Positions 45,297 through 56,800 of a DNA stretch of 64,000 bases are shown here, in pieces. Positions within the stretch are counted from its first letter, which is position 1. Each line of letters opens with the position of its first letter. Source of the stretch: Candidatus Krumholzibacteriota bacterium (GTDB lineage Bacteria > Krumholzibacteriota > Krumholzibacteriia > Krumholzibacteriales > WJIX01); assembly GCA_034520215.1 (NCBI GenBank), contig JAXHNR010000002.1:6859-70858 (forward strand). The letters run 5' to 3'. The notes under the pieces were generated by a model, which searched no databases, was not told the origin of the DNA, and saw only the letters and a list, made by a program, of their open reading frames with translations. A program made the translations under genes and the position numbers.

Positions 45297-48047
45297 ATGA
45301 TTAAACGCACTGGTATTTCTTTTATGTTGTTAGCAACATTTTCGCTTATGTTGACTCCGACCTTTCTTGCTTTTCCTGTGATAGCCAACGCAACAACCTA
45401 TTATGTTGCTACTAATGGCTCAAACACATCTCCATATGATACGTGGGCTAAAGCCGCGGCCAGCATTCAAACGGCTGTAAATGCAGCAAGTAATGATGAT
45501 ATTATCATCGTTGGAAGCAGTGATGGGTATGGAGCAGGAACTTACACAGAGAATGTAGATGTGAACAAACAATTAACTATCCAGTCTGAAAATGGAAATA
45601 GCACAACCGAGATTATAGCTTCAAACACAAACGACCATGTTTTTTATGTAACAGCAGATAGTGTGACTATTGAAGGATTCTCCATCTATGGTGCCACCGG
45701 AGTCGACAGGGCTGGAATCTGTCTTACCTCTGTTACAAATTGCACTATCGAAAATAACCGCTGTGGCTGGGATTTTACCCATACGAACTACTATGGCATC
45801 TACTTGAGTGGTTCCAGCAACTGCACTATCAACAACAATACCGCCAGCTACAACAACGGTGTGGGTATCTACATGAATACATCGAGCGAAGACACCTTAA
45901 CCGCCAATATAGCAAGTAATAATAGTGGGGATGGAATTTCTTTATATTCTTCGTCGAGCAATACTTTAAACAGCAACACGGCCAACAATAATAGTTTTGA
46001 TGGAATTCGTCTTGTACCTTCTTCAAATAGCAATACTCTTAACAACAACACGGCAACTGGAAATGGAAATAATGGATTTCTTATAGTAGAATCTTCGGAT
46101 AACAATCTTACCGGCAATACAGCAAATAGTAATACTGCTTCTCATGGTATTTATTTGGTTTCTTCTTCAAACAACAACACCCTAAACAGCAACACTGCGG
46201 ACAGCAATATGAGTAATGGAATTCGTTTAGAAAATTGTTCAGGCAATAATTTGGATGGTAATTCCGTAACTCACAATGAATTCGGAGTATTTTTAACTTC
46301 TTCATCAAACAATACCATTACTTCCAACATAATGAATGAGAACGATGGGCGAGTTGACGGAGATGGAATTATGTTAGCTGATTCCGATAACAATGTTATA
46401 TCCAACAACACGATGAATAACGATCCGGGAGATGGAATAGAGTTTGCTAATTCATCAAACAACATTGTGATGGATAATACTCTGGATAATAGCGGCCTTA
46501 TTGATCCCGGTGCTTCGATACGTATCAATTATTATTCCTCTTACAACTCCATAATTAACAACACCGTGATAAATGGCTCTGGAGGGATTGTTCTGGAGGA
46601 AGAATCGAACTACAATATTGTATCAAACAACACCATAACCGGCCATAGCGGTCGAGGTTTCGAATTTTGGGAGAATGCTTCATATAATACGCTTACTGGT
46701 AACAACATAAGCAATAACGGCACCTATGGTATCTGGCTCCCCTCTGGGAACTACAATACAATATATTTAAACGACATAAGTAACAACATCACCTCCAATA
46801 TTTATTCAGAGAGTTCAACTACTACCTGGCATTCACCTACCACAATATATTATGCCTATAACGACAGTACTTTCCACAAAGGATATTTAGGTAATTATTA
46901 CAGTGATGGAACTCACTCCGGCAACTTCGGAATAGGGGGTACTTATACTATCGCTAATGACAATGATGATGAATACCAGTTAATTAGTACCATTAATAAT
47001 TATTCTCTTCAAGCATGGTGGCTGCACAGCGATGATAAAATGTACAGGTCCGATTTTTCCAAAGCTGGAGGAAGTGTAACCATCAGCAATGGCGGCACTA
47101 ATATCTGGAAAGCCGATCAGGTAGCCCTGACAGATATAATTTTCTCAGGAAGCGATACCTGGACAGGCCAGTTGGTTTTTACGGCTGCTCCGACAACTGG
47201 GCACATTTTGACTATTGAAATTGGTTCTTCGACGGATGGAAGCGATTTTACTGCTGGCGGCCCTAATGCAACTCTGACAGGAAATGGGAGCGCGACCAAG
47301 TTCAACTTTGAGACTGACGCAAGCGCTTTTACAGTATCCGCCGGAAAGTATTTAGCCATCCGGATAACAAGCAACCATGCAGAGTACAGTATAAGAACCG
47401 GTGGTGTCTGGAGCTATGCGTCTTCTCCAGATAATAGCGCAGATTACCCCCTTCTTGTCGAACTTGCTTCTTTCACCGCAAGACAAAAAAACAACACAGT
47501 GATTCTCGAATGGCAGACTGCTTCCGAACAAGATAATCTCGGTTTTATTATTGAAAGAAAAAATGGAGGGGAAAAATTCACAGAAATTGCGAGTTATTTA
47601 ACAGATGAAGAATTGAAAGGCGCTGGAAATACATCAGCTCTTTCCTATTATGAATTTACAGATGAAAATATAGTTTCGAAAACAACTTACCAATACCGTA
47701 TCTCAGATGTAGATTATTCCGGAAAAATAACAAATTTAAAAACTGAACAAATTACTATTACAGGAAACTCTACAGATCTATCAAATAATTATGTTTTAAA
47801 ATCTGCATATCCGATTCCATTTAATCCAACATTTACAATTCCTTTGACATTAAAAACCGATGCTTATGTAAATATTAAATTAATAAATACACTTGGACAG
47901 AAAGTTATGCAGATCAAAAATAATCAAATGACGGCTGGTAACCATAATCTACAGGTAAATTGTAAAAACTTGACCTCTGGCATTTATTTTGTGAAAGTAA
48001 GAATTGATAAAGCAAATGAAATTCAAAAAGTTGTTCTGTTAAAATAA
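45297..48047 (+). CDS. Secreted right-handed parallel beta-helix (PbH1/NosD-like) repeat protein with a T9SS-type C-terminal domain
   Basis: AAGGAGG RBS and signal peptide MIKRTGISFMLLATFSLMLTPTFLAFPVIANA. More than 15 Asn-rich repeats of about 22-23 aa (NNTASYNNGVGIYM / SNTANNNSFDGIRL ...). C-terminus YVLKSAYPIPFNP...GIYFVKVRIDKANEIQKVVLLK. Confidence 0.8.
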   Translation: MIKRTGISFMLLATFSLMLTPTFLAFPVIANATTYYVATNGSNTSPYDTWAKAAASIQTAVNAASNDDIIIVGSSDGYGAGTYTENVDVNKQLTIQSENGNSTTEIIASNTNDHVFYVTADSVTIEGFSIYGATGVDRAGICLTSVTNCTIENNRCGWDFTHTNYYGIYLSGSSNCTINNNTASYNNGVGIYMNTSSEDTLTANIASNNSGDGISLYSSSSNTLNSNTANNNSFDGIRLVPSSNSNTLNNNTATGNGNNGFLIVESSDNNLTGNTANSNTASHGIYLVSSSNNNTLNSNTADSNMSNGIRLENCSGNNLDGNSVTHNEFGVFLTSSSNNTITSNIMNENDGRVDGDGIMLADSDNNVISNNTMNNDPGDGIEFANSSNNIVMDNTLDNSGLIDPGASIRINYYSSYNSIINNTVINGSGGIVLEEESNYNIVSNNTITGHSGRGFEFWENASYNTLTGNNISNNGTYGIWLPSGNYNTIYLNDISNNITSNIYSESSTTTWHSPTTIYYAYNDSTFHKGYLGNYYSDGTHSGNFGIGGTYTIANDNDDEYQLISTINNYSLQAWWLHSDDKMYRSDFSKAGGSVTISNGGTNIWKADQVALTDIIFSGSDTWTGQLVFTAAPTTGHILTIEIGSSTDGSDFTAGGPNATLTGNGSATKFNFETDASAFTVSAGKYLAIRITSNHAEYSIRTGGVWSYASSPDNSADYPLLVELASFTARQKNNTVILEWQTASEQDNLGFIIERKNGGEKFTEIASYLTDEELKGAGNTSALSYYEFTDENIVSKTTYQYRISDVDYSGKITNLKTEQITITGNSTDLSNNYVLKSAYPIPFNPTFTIPLTLKTDAYVNIKLINTLGQKVMQIKNNQMTAGNHNLQVNCKNLTSGIYFVKVRIDKANEIQKVVLLK

Positions 48048-48857
48048 GAAATTCATTTCTATCTTGAATTCAAGTCTTAAGTGCAATTAAAAAAGGTTAA
48101 TGGGTCAGGTGTTATATTGAAAGTCTCATTCTTGAAATAGAAAGGTGACTTTGTGAACCAATACCAACAACTAACCCAGAGACAAAGGATGTCAGCTTTG
48201 CGAGTTTTATAAAGCTGGTTATCTGCGCAAAGAGATACGGAAGCCGATGAGTAATAGAGGGGGAAATATAAAGCCGTCATTCGTGAGGTCATGCGTTTGT
48301 GAATTATTATAGCGGTTTTTCGTTCTTCGGAAACTTTCATCGGGGGCATGGATTTTAAGGTTGCATATGTTCATAATAGATCTTCCGGATGACTCGGATT
48401 CGGAAATGACAAGCAATACCTATTCAGCCGGTATAGAGCTGTACCTTAAGGCGAACCTGTCATCAGAAGTACAGATACTTCCTGTGGTCAATGTTTCATA
48501 TGCACAAACTTCATTTGAAATTGAGAGTAGTTCCGGTTTCGTCAGCAGGGGAGACGTGGATGATGCCCTGATAATGGCAGGTGCAACATTACTGATTAAA
48601 ATGAACTTCGCTATCACACCATCAATTGCCACTTTCAATGATTCCAGATCATGGGGGATTAATTTTCAATATATCTTCTAAAAAATCATGAAACTAAAAA
48701 GAGTCGGAAGTTCATCCCGGCTGTTATGGTGTGAGCACTCCCTGGAATCAGCGACGCTTAAGAGAACGGAGTGCCGAATTGCCGGCAGGTTATCTTTTGA
48801 TAAACGGCGCCAGAGCGAACGACGAGATCCGCTGATTAAGCATCACCGGTGTAAAAT

Positions 48858-48892
48858 AAAGCCCGCCCGGAGTATATATCCGGGCGGGCTTT
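48858..48892. terminator. Rho-independent terminator hairpin (13-bp GC-rich stem), best oriented for the minus-strand lipoprotein gene
   Basis: AAAGCCCGCCCGG-agtatatat-CCGGGCGGGCTTT. On the minus strand it is followed by TTTATTTTA. Confidence 0.7.
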
Positions 48893-48918
48893 CTGATGAC
48901 AGATATTTCAGTTCATAC

Positions 48919-49683
48919 CTAGAACGCTTCAGCCACGAACAGGCAGCTGTTCGCCATCACCTTGGCAGAAGAGTAATAGGTCTCATTCAACCTGGTTGCG
49001 AACATGTTAAGAGCGATTATATTGCCGTCAGCATTGATCGCTATGGCATTCGCTCCTCCCAGGTCAGTGGCAAGAAGGGTGGCACCTGAATCCAGAGGAG
49101 GATCTGAAAAGTTGGAGTTTGACCAGTACGTCAGGTTCTCGACATCCGCCCCGTTGAAAATCGGATGTATGGGTATGGATACAGAGGAAGGGTCTATCTG
49201 CCTGTTTCCGCTTGTTCCGGAGGCATCGGCAAGCTGGAAGGGCGAATATCCGGATGTCATTATTTCCCCTCCGAGCGCCCAGTTACTGGAAAAACAGAAC
49301 TGGGTCATCACCAGGCCTCCGCCGTCATCAACGTATTCGGCGAGGATGTCACCCAGTGAGTCCGCTTCGTAGGGCACGTAATCGGTGTGAAGGAAAACTA
49401 CGTCGTACTCTTTCAGGGCGGAAAGCTCCGGCAGCAAACCGTTAAGATACATGTAATTCAGCTCGGTTCCTATGGGGAATACCTCCAGCCCGGTGGCCTG
49501 GATTATGATATTTTCCAGTGAGCCAGTTAATGCTGGTCCGGCCACCAGTACTTTTATCGGCTGAGGGGATCCCGGTTCCCCCTCAGGGCCGGCAGGGCCG
49601 GTCGCACCGTCTTCTCCGCTGCAGCCGGTAACGACAAGTGCGAAAATTGCCAGTATTGTAAGCAATGTGTTTCTTCGAAGCAT
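48919..49683 (-). CDS. Lipoprotein of unknown function with a short collagen-like G-x-y stretch
   Basis: LLTILAIFALVVTGCSG lipobox, then GATGPAGPEGEPG. The remainder matches no family I recognise. Confidence 0.65.
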   Translation of the reverse strand: MLRRNTLLTILAIFALVVTGCSGEDGATGPAGPEGEPGSPQPIKVLVAGPALTGSLENIIIQATGLEVFPIGTELNYMYLNGLLPELSALKEYDVVFLHTDYVPYEADSLGDILAEYVDDGGGLVMTQFCFSSNWALGGEIMTSGYSPFQLADASGTSGNRQIDPSSVSIPIHPIFNGADVENLTYWSNSNFSDPPLDSGATLLATDLGGANAIAINADGNIIALNMFATRLNETYYSSAKVMANSCLFVAEAF

Positions 49684-50403
49684 TATTCAGTCCTTTCTCT
49701 GATCCGATAATTCCGGATCTAAAATGGTAAGCGTCAGATATATAAATACAGCTGTTTGCCATAACCCCGCGGGATGAATAGCGTTCGTTTGTTCGTCTGG
49801 TGGGGATGTCAGCTATGTGTTGTGAGGCTTTTTTCGAATTGTAATGCTTGACAGCTATTGATTCATAAATCAGCTCCTTTCCTGATTTTTTAACCAGAAA
49901 GATTTATTATTAATAATCAGATGCAATTATCGCATTCCCCGCGGCAGTATACAAGATAAAATTAAGGTTGTTACGGGAATGATCAGGAAAAATGAAATGG
50001 TCAAGGCTCCCATCACAGCCATGTCCCGGGAGAGCGTTTCTGGCTCCACCGCAAAAGGATGAATCGTTCCGTCCTTTGTGTAGCGCTTGAATCCCGCGGC
50101 ATCGCCTTTGACCAGCAGTTGAAGAATCATGTCCTTGACGGACGCGGACATGTTTTTGGGAGACGTCATGCCGTCGCCTCCAGGTACGGTCGCATCACAT
50201 TTTCGACCCGGCAGATCTTGGCGTGTCTGAGCAGCTCGCTATCCTAACGGAACATTATCCCGAAGTTACCGTCGATAGTCTAAAAACGATGTTCAAAGGG
50301 GTCAGTGATATAGCTCGTGAGGGCATACGTAATGAAGGACAGCAATATGAATCCTATGCCGCGATCACCCATCCCCGTATTATAGTCTTTGAGACGGATT
50401 AAC

Positions 50404-50759
50404 TGGAGGCGGCGGGAATCGAACCCGCGTCCGAGAATACCGCAACAGGGCTTCTACGTGTGTATCCCGTTGCTAAAGTTTCGCTTCCGAACTTTCCAAC
50501 AGGCATAAAGCCCGGAAACTAGATCCCTAAAGTTTCGCCTGCTTTCCGGGAACAGAGTCCACAGACTAGTCAGCAGTTATCGACGCCCAGCATTCATCCC
50601 TGATGACTCAGATGAAGTGAACGAGCTGCTTGTTTTTAAGCAGCCAATGCCAAATTGTCGTTGGCAATTGTGTTTTGCCACCTGTTTAACGAGGTACGCG
50701 ATGGCAACCTCGACACGCTTCCCCTGCCTCATCTATCCCCGTCGAATCCGTTCGCCCCC
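50404..50759 (-). ncRNA. ssrA: tmRNA (SsrA), tag peptide ANDNLALAA
   Basis: 5' GGGGGCGAACGGATTCGACGGGG... and 3' ...GGACGCGGGTTCGATTCCCGCCGCCTCCA tRNA-like ends. Tag reading frame GCC AAC GAC AAT TTG GCA TTG GCT GCT TAA (plus strand 50636-50665). Confidence 0.92.
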
Positions 50760-51005
50760 ATAATTGAGGTTTATCTCTAATTTAAATATAGCCCCAATAC
50801 GGGGAAATGTAAAGCCCTGACGGCCGTGTGCGGCATAAAAAATTTTCATTCCTAAAGAGGGTTTGCTCTCTCCAAAAAGACTGTTTTATTCAAATTTTAA
50901 AAAATAGATCCCTGAATATAGTTGTTGCTTTTCTTCGGAGAGGGTAATACAATCAGCGCTGAATTAATTGTAACCTCGAAGGACTTGATAAAAGGAGGAG
51001 AGTCA

Positions 51006-53735
51006 ATGAAGAAACTGACTACCCTGTTGTCAGCGGTGCTGCTTTTGGCAGTCTCGGTATCAGCGGCGGATCTGCCTTATCTTGATCAGCTTCCCCCTCT
51101 GATAGAAAGAGATGTGCTTTTCGGCGATCCCGAAATAGCAGGCGCGAAGATATCGCCCGACGGCGAATATATATCTTTTCTGAAACCTCATAAAGATGTT
51201 CTCAACATATGGGTTAAAAAATTTCACCAGCCGTTTGAAGAGGCAAGACCTGTTACGGCAGATACAACCCGCCCGGTTAGAAGTTATTTCTGGACTAAGG
51301 ACAGCAAGTATATCCTCTATATCCAGGACAAGGGAGGAAATGAAAACTTTCATATCTACGCTGTTGACCCCGCCGGACAACCCGCTTCGAAAATGGCTGT
51401 GCCCCAAGCGCGGGATCTTACTCCCGTGGACAGCGTAACTACAAGAATATACTCTCTTCCTGAAGATAAACCGAATATAATATATATCGGTCTTAACGAA
51501 CGCGACCAGCGCTACCACGATATCTACCGTCTGAATATAGACACCGGCAAACGTGAACTGGTAAGGGAAAATAAGGAGAAGATAGCCGGATGGGTATTCG
51601 ATCAGGATGACAACCTCCGGCTCGCCGTAAGGCAAACAGATGACGGCGGCTCAGAAATCTTCCGTGTTGACGGCAAAAACCTGACTTCCATCTATAAATG
51701 CACGAACGAGGAGCAGGCCAGCCCGGTAGCTTTTCACGAGAACGGAGAATGGTTCTACATGTCGACAAACAAGGGAGAGGATATTAATCTTTCCCGGCTT
51801 GTCCTCTTTAATCCGGAAACACTCGAGGAAAAACTTGTTGAATCAGATCCCGAAGGTCAAGCTGACTTCGGCGGAACAATATTCTCAGACAAAACAGATG
51901 AACTCATTGCCACATACTATGTAGGAGACAGGCTCAGAATCTATTGGAAGGATTTCAAATTCAAATGGGCGTATAAAAGACTGAAGCACAAACTGCCGGA
52001 CGGCGATATATACATGGGGTCGTCCACGAAAGACGAACGCTACTGGATTGTCGCTACGACAAGCGATACTGATCCCGGGGCCAGATATCTCTATGACATG
52101 GAAAGAGGAAAGGTGGAATTCCTCTACCGCGGAAGACCTGATCTCCCTGTTGAATATCTGGCGTCGATGGAGCCGGTATGCTATAAATCAAGAGACGGCC
52201 TGTCAATACACGGCTACCTGACAACCCCCAAGAATGTTGAAGCAAAAGACCTTGCCCTTGTCGTTAACCCGCACGGCGGGCCCTGGGCGCGAGACCACTG
52301 GGGCTACAATCCCTACGCTCAGTTCCTGGCTAACAGGGGATACGCGGTCCTTCAGATAAATTTCCGCGGTTCCACGGGTTACGGCAAAGAGTTCTTCAAC
52401 GCCGGAAAAGAGGAATGGGGAGACGCCATGCAGAATGACATTACCGACGGCGTCAATTATCTTGTCGACAAAGGCATTGTCGATCCCGACAAGGTGGCCA
52501 TCTTCGGCGGATCCTACGGCGGCTACGCCACTCTTGCGGGGCTCGCGTTTACCCCGGATCTTTACGCGGCCGGCGTCGACTACGTCGGAGTATCCAACAT
52601 TATAACCCTCCTTAAGACAATCCCCCCATACTGGGAAACGGCTCGCGCGTTCTTCAACGAGCACGTCGGCAACCCGGATGATCCGGAAGACGCCGAAAGA
52701 CTCCGCCGCCAGTCGCCCCTTTTCAGCGCTGAAAAGATCAAAGCTCCTCTTCTTGTCGTCCAGGGCGCGAACGACCCCAGAGTGAAAAAGGCCGAGTCGG
52801 ATCAGATAGTAGTCGCGATGCGCGACCTTGGAAGAGATGTCGAATATATAGTCGCCCCCGACGAAGGACACGGCTTCGCGGGAGAAGAAAACCGTATGGC
52901 CTTCACCGTGGCTATGGAAAAATTCTTATCGAAGCACCTCGGAGGGCGCTTTCAGAAATCTGTAGCTCCGGAAATCATCGAAAAGCTAGACGCGATTACT
53001 GTTCCGGTTGACAGCGTGTCCATGCCGGAAACCCCCAAGGGGTATGAATCGGCAAAATCTGCCGCTCTGCCCGAGGTCGAACCTGAAACCATAAGCGCCA
53101 TGGATCTGAAATACAAGATAACGGCTTCTGTGGCGGGTAATGATATTGAGCTGAGCGCCGAGAGAAAGATAGAAAAATCAAAAGTCGATAAAACGCCTGT
53201 CTGGCTCATAACAACAAGTCAGCAGAGCCCTATGGGCAAGGCAATGGATAAGGTCACCCTGAGACGCGACAACCTCCTTCCCGTAAGTTCAGAGGTAAAT
53301 CAGGGGCCCGCCAAAATTATTTTAAACTATACCGAGGAATCTATTTCAGGAAACATTAATATGAGGGGAAACGACATCCCTGTCGAAATCGAATTGGAAG
53401 CTCCCGTATTCGGACCAAGCTCAGCGGTTGAAATAGCTCTGACAGCTCTTCCTCTCGCCGAAGGTTATAAGACAACCTACCGGGTTTTCGATATAATGAG
53501 CCAGAAGGTTAAGGTTTATTCTCTCGAAGTCACAGGAACTGAAAAGGTGATTCTTCCGGCAGGTGAATTTAAAGCCTTCAAACTCATATCCAAACCTATG
53601 GACGATGAGCCCGGAGGCGGCACATACTTTATCACCAGAGGAAAAGAACGACGCTGCGTCTTAAAGAGTATACTCCGGCTTCCGCCTCAATACGGCGGCG
53701 GAACGGCCACAACTGAGCTTATGGAAATCAAGTAG
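51006..53735 (+). CDS. S9-family serine peptidase (prolyl oligopeptidase/dipeptidyl aminopeptidase type) with an N-terminal beta-propeller and an extra C-terminal domain of about 270 aa
   Basis: GGAGG RBS and signal peptide [20 protein letters not shown]. Catalytic GGSYGGY, ...[10 protein letters not shown]..., DEGHGF. About 270 residues follow the peptidase fold. Confidence 0.85.
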   Translation: MKKLTTLLSAVLLLAVSVSAADLPYLDQLPPLIERDVLFGDPEIAGAKISPDGEYISFLKPHKDVLNIWVKKFHQPFEEARPVTADTTRPVRSYFWTKDSKYILYIQDKGGNENFHIYAVDPAGQPASKMAVPQARDLTPVDSVTTRIYSLPEDKPNIIYIGLNERDQRYHDIYRLNIDTGKRELVRENKEKIAGWVFDQDDNLRLAVRQTDDGGSEIFRVDGKNLTSIYKCTNEEQASPVAFHENGEWFYMSTNKGEDINLSRLVLFNPETLEEKLVESDPEGQADFGGTIFSDKTDELIATYYVGDRLRIYWKDFKFKWAYKRLKHKLPDGDIYMGSSTKDERYWIVATTSDTDPGARYLYDMERGKVEFLYRGRPDLPVEYLASMEPVCYKSRDGLSIHGYLTTPKNVEAKDLALVVNPHGGPWARDHWGYNPYAQFLANRGYAVLQINFRGSTGYGKEFFNAGKEEWGDAMQNDITDGVNYLVDKGIVDPDKVAIFGGSYGGYATLAGLAFTPDLYAAGVDYVGVSNIITLLKTIPPYWETARAFFNEHVGNPDDPEDAERLRRQSPLFSAEKIKAPLLVVQGANDPRVKKAESDQIVVAMRDLGRDVEYIVAPDEGHGFAGEENRMAFTVAMEKFLSKHLGGRFQKSVAPEIIEKLDAITVPVDSVSMPETPKGYESAKSAALPEVEPETISAMDLKYKITASVAGNDIELSAERKIEKSKVDKTPVWLITTSQQSPMGKAMDKVTLRRDNLLPVSSEVNQGPAKIILNYTEESISGNINMRGNDIPVEIELEAPVFGPSSAVEIALTALPLAEGYKTTYRVFDIMSQKVKVYSLEVTGTEKVILPAGEFKAFKLISKPMDDEPGGGTYFITRGKERRCVLKSILRLPPQYGGGTATTELMEIK

Positions 53736-53779
53736 CCTGCGTCTTGTTTTTCTAAGATCTCTGCCTCTCGAATAAAACC

Positions 53780-53806
53780 AAAGGCCCCTCATAATGAGGG
53801 GCCTTT
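53780..53806. terminator. Bidirectional rho-independent terminator between convergent peptidase genes
   Basis: AAAGGCCCCTC-ataat-GAGGGGCCTTT, an 8-bp GC core flanked by an A-run and a T-run. Confidence 0.75.
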
Positions 53807-53871
53807 GAGCTCACGGGCTCTTATTTATTTTAACGGCACTCTTAATGCCAGTTTATTCAACTTGCCCGGTA

Positions 53872-56800
53872 TCAGCTCTTATCGGGCGCGCCAGGTTTTT
53901 CCGGAAGCTCGGGCTTATCCTCTTCGATCTTTTCCTTCAGATATTCAATAGCTCTTTCAAGCTGAGGATCCCTTCCGTCAACTACAAGGTCAGGCCTGTT
54001 TTCTACTTCTATATCCGGCTTTACTCCGACATTTTCAATTCCCCAGTCACCCGACATCTCGTAGAATCCTATTGTGGGAACAGTAACCATCCCTCCGTCA
54101 ATCAACGGAACATGTCTGTTCATCCCTACGAGTCCGCCCCAGGTTCTTTTACCGATAAGAGGACCGAGCCCCGCCTGACGGAAAAAGTACGGAAAAGCGT
54201 CTCCTCCCGATCCCGCGTATTGATTTATAAGACACGCCATGTGTCCCTCGGGGGCGGTTCCCGGGAATTTGCCCGGTTTCCCGTAACGCTGAGCCCACAT
54301 ACTTGTAATCTTCCTTCCTAATCTTTCAATGAAAACGGTTGGAATCCATCCACCGCTGTTATACCGAACGTCGATCACCAAACCTTTCTTGTTGGTCTGA
54401 GAGTAAAAGCCCCGCGCGAACTCCTGAAGTCCCCCCGTGCTTGTGTTCGGAACATGCAGATAACCAATATCTCCGTCTGACGCTTCAAGCGTTTTCTCCC
54501 GGTTGCTCTTAACCCAGTTGGCATAGCGCAACGCTATATCGCTGCTGGAAGGAACGACGGTGTATTCTTCTGAATCTTTGCCGTCCGGATTGTCGGCTAT
54601 CTTGAGCACCACCTGCTTTCCGGCAAGATTTTCCAGCATTCTGTGAGGATTATCGGGATATTCCAGCTCCCTGCCGTTAACTGCGAGCAGGTAGTCACCC
54701 TCTTCGATATCCACACCCGGCTGATTTAGAGGAGCTTTGTAATCCTCATCCCAGTTTCTCCCGGGATAGATCTTCTCAAAACGATAACGGCCGGATTTAT
54801 GATCAATCTTATAATCGACACCAAGCAGGCCTACTCCGACTTTGTCTCCTCTGGGCATATCACCGCCGCCGACATAAGCGTGTCCTATACACAGCTCTCC
54901 GATCATTTCCCCGATTACGTAGTTAAGATCGTCTCTGCTGGTAAGGGCGGGAAGCATGACTTCATATTTTTCTTTTATATCTTCCCAGTCAACGCCATGC
55001 ATATTCTCAACATAAAAGAAATCTCTTTCCATCCTCCACGCTTCATCGAATATCTGTTTCCACTCACGCGCGGGAGAAACCTTCATTTGAAGATCGGTAT
55101 CCAGAACTCCCTCGATGATTGACTGTCCCGGAGAAGCATCTATAATACCAAAGGTGCCCATCGCGCTGTATATTATCTTCTTCCCGTCAGAGGAAAGTTC
55201 ATACCCGTTAATTCCGCTTATTACGCTCTCAACTTCACGTTCTTTTATGTCGTAATATTTCAGTTCAACGCTTGCCATGCTTCTAACGCTCTGGGCGTTT
55301 ATCACTATATCCGGAACCTCTACGAAAAAGATTTTGCCGTCTGTCGCCGTAAGTCCGACAAAATTACCTCTTCCAACAGGTAATCCGACTATCCTGTTTC
55401 TGATACCTTCGAAATCTATTTCGATGCTTTTCTCTTTATCTTCTTTGTCTTTATCCTTGTCTTCCTCTTCCTTCTCTTTGTCATCTCCCTTATCCTCTTC
55501 CTTTTTAATCTCCACCTCGTCACTTTCGGGAGCGAGCAGGGAAGGTGTATCTTTTTTCAGCGTCATCGCGCAAAGGTTGGAGGGAAATACAAAGCTGTAA
55601 TTGAACTCCTTATCGCCGAACCTGAAATTAAGCATCCGGTCAGAGAGAAAAAAGAGGTATTTGCCGTCAGAACCGAAAACCGGATCATAGTCATTATAGA
55701 AATCGCCCGTAAGCTTGTATGATTTTCCTTTATCTATAGAATACACATATATCGATCCATAACCGTTATCACCGCGCTTGACATAAGTAACCCACTTGCC
55801 GTCTTTAGACCAGGAATAATCATTTATGTCTCCCCAGTCGTCCTCGGCTATCTCATGAAGCTCCTTTTTGTCTATATCAACATAATAGAGCTTGTAACTC
55901 TGGTCATGGAGAAGAAGCTTTTCGCTGTCAGGAGACCACAGAAGATCAAAGGGATAGTTGCGCAGCTTGTTGGTTATCCTCTCTGTTTTGCCCGTTCCGT
56001 CCGGCTTCTCTATATAGATTTCGTACTCTCCTGTTTTATCCGAGAAGTAGGCAACCCACTTGCCGTCGGGCGAAAAGGCGGGGCAGCGCTCACGTGTTCC
56101 TGAAGTAGCCGTTAAATTACGCGGTTCTCCTTTTTCAGCCGGGACAGTAAAGATATCGCCTCTGGCTCCAAAGGCGGCTCTTTTACCCTCTCCCGAAATA
56201 CCAAACGACCGAACCATCTTGGCCGCGTTAACATAATGGGGGCGCTTCATCGTAAGTTCAGCGGGAACGTTTATCGATATCCTCTTTGTCTTTTCCGTTT
56301 CGAGGTCAAGTACGTGAATATAACCCGCGTTTTCATAAACAATGGCCCCGTCACCCAAACTGGGCCATTTGACGTCATATTCTTTGTGGTCTGTTATTTT
56401 TCGAATCTGTCCCGACGCGCGGTCCATACAATAAATATTCATTGTATGTTCCCTGTCCGAGACAAAATAAATCCTGTCTTCATACCACATAGGGAAGGCA
56501 TCAGTACCTTCGAATTTCGTCAACTTTTCAGATTTGTTCTTTTCTAGATCATATAACCAGATATCCTGAGCCATGCCGCCTCGGTACCGCTTCCACGTTC
56601 TGAACTCTCTGGACATTCTGTTGTAGGCAATCTTCTTGCCGTCCGGCGAATAGGATGTCAGCTCCCCCTCAAACAGAGGTAGCGTTTCCGGATAACCTCC
56701 ATCTGAGCTGATGGTAAAAAGACGATTGTAACGAGGTCCGGGATTGGTTTTAGATACCCTTGAACTTCTCAGAAGGACTTTCTCACCTGAAGGATGCCAG

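Noticed and set aside
45829-46528. Four minus-strand ORFs (65-85 aa) rich in Cys, Tyr and Leu inside the beta-helix gene
   Set aside because: They are antisense shadows of the Asn-codon-rich (AAT/AAC) repeat. They have no start context and overlap a strongly supported 916-aa CDS.
48361-48681. 106-aa ORF ending in ...WGINFQYIF, reminiscent of an outer-membrane beta-barrel C-terminus
   Set aside because: There is no signal peptide or convincing start, upstream frames are broken, and it is too short for a barrel. It is possibly a gene fragment and is left unannotated.
50139-50400. Possible smpB or integrase fragment next to ssrA
   Set aside because: The translations (…VSEQLAILTEHYPEVTVDSLKTMFKGVSDIAREGIRNEGQQYESYAAITHPRIIVFETD) show no SmpB or tyrosine-recombinase motifs and lack a canonical start.
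52203-52871. 222-aa minus-strand ORF inside the S9 peptidase gene
   Set aside because: It is a shadow ORF, and the plus-strand frame carries the catalytic GGSYGG, D and H motifs.
55400-55530. Pyrimidine-rich low-complexity tract (ctttatcttctttgtctttatcc...)
   Set aside because: It encodes a Lys/Glu/Asp-rich linker (KKEEDKGDDKEKEEEDKDKDKEDKEK) inside the tricorn-like protease on the minus strand. It is not a non-coding repeat.
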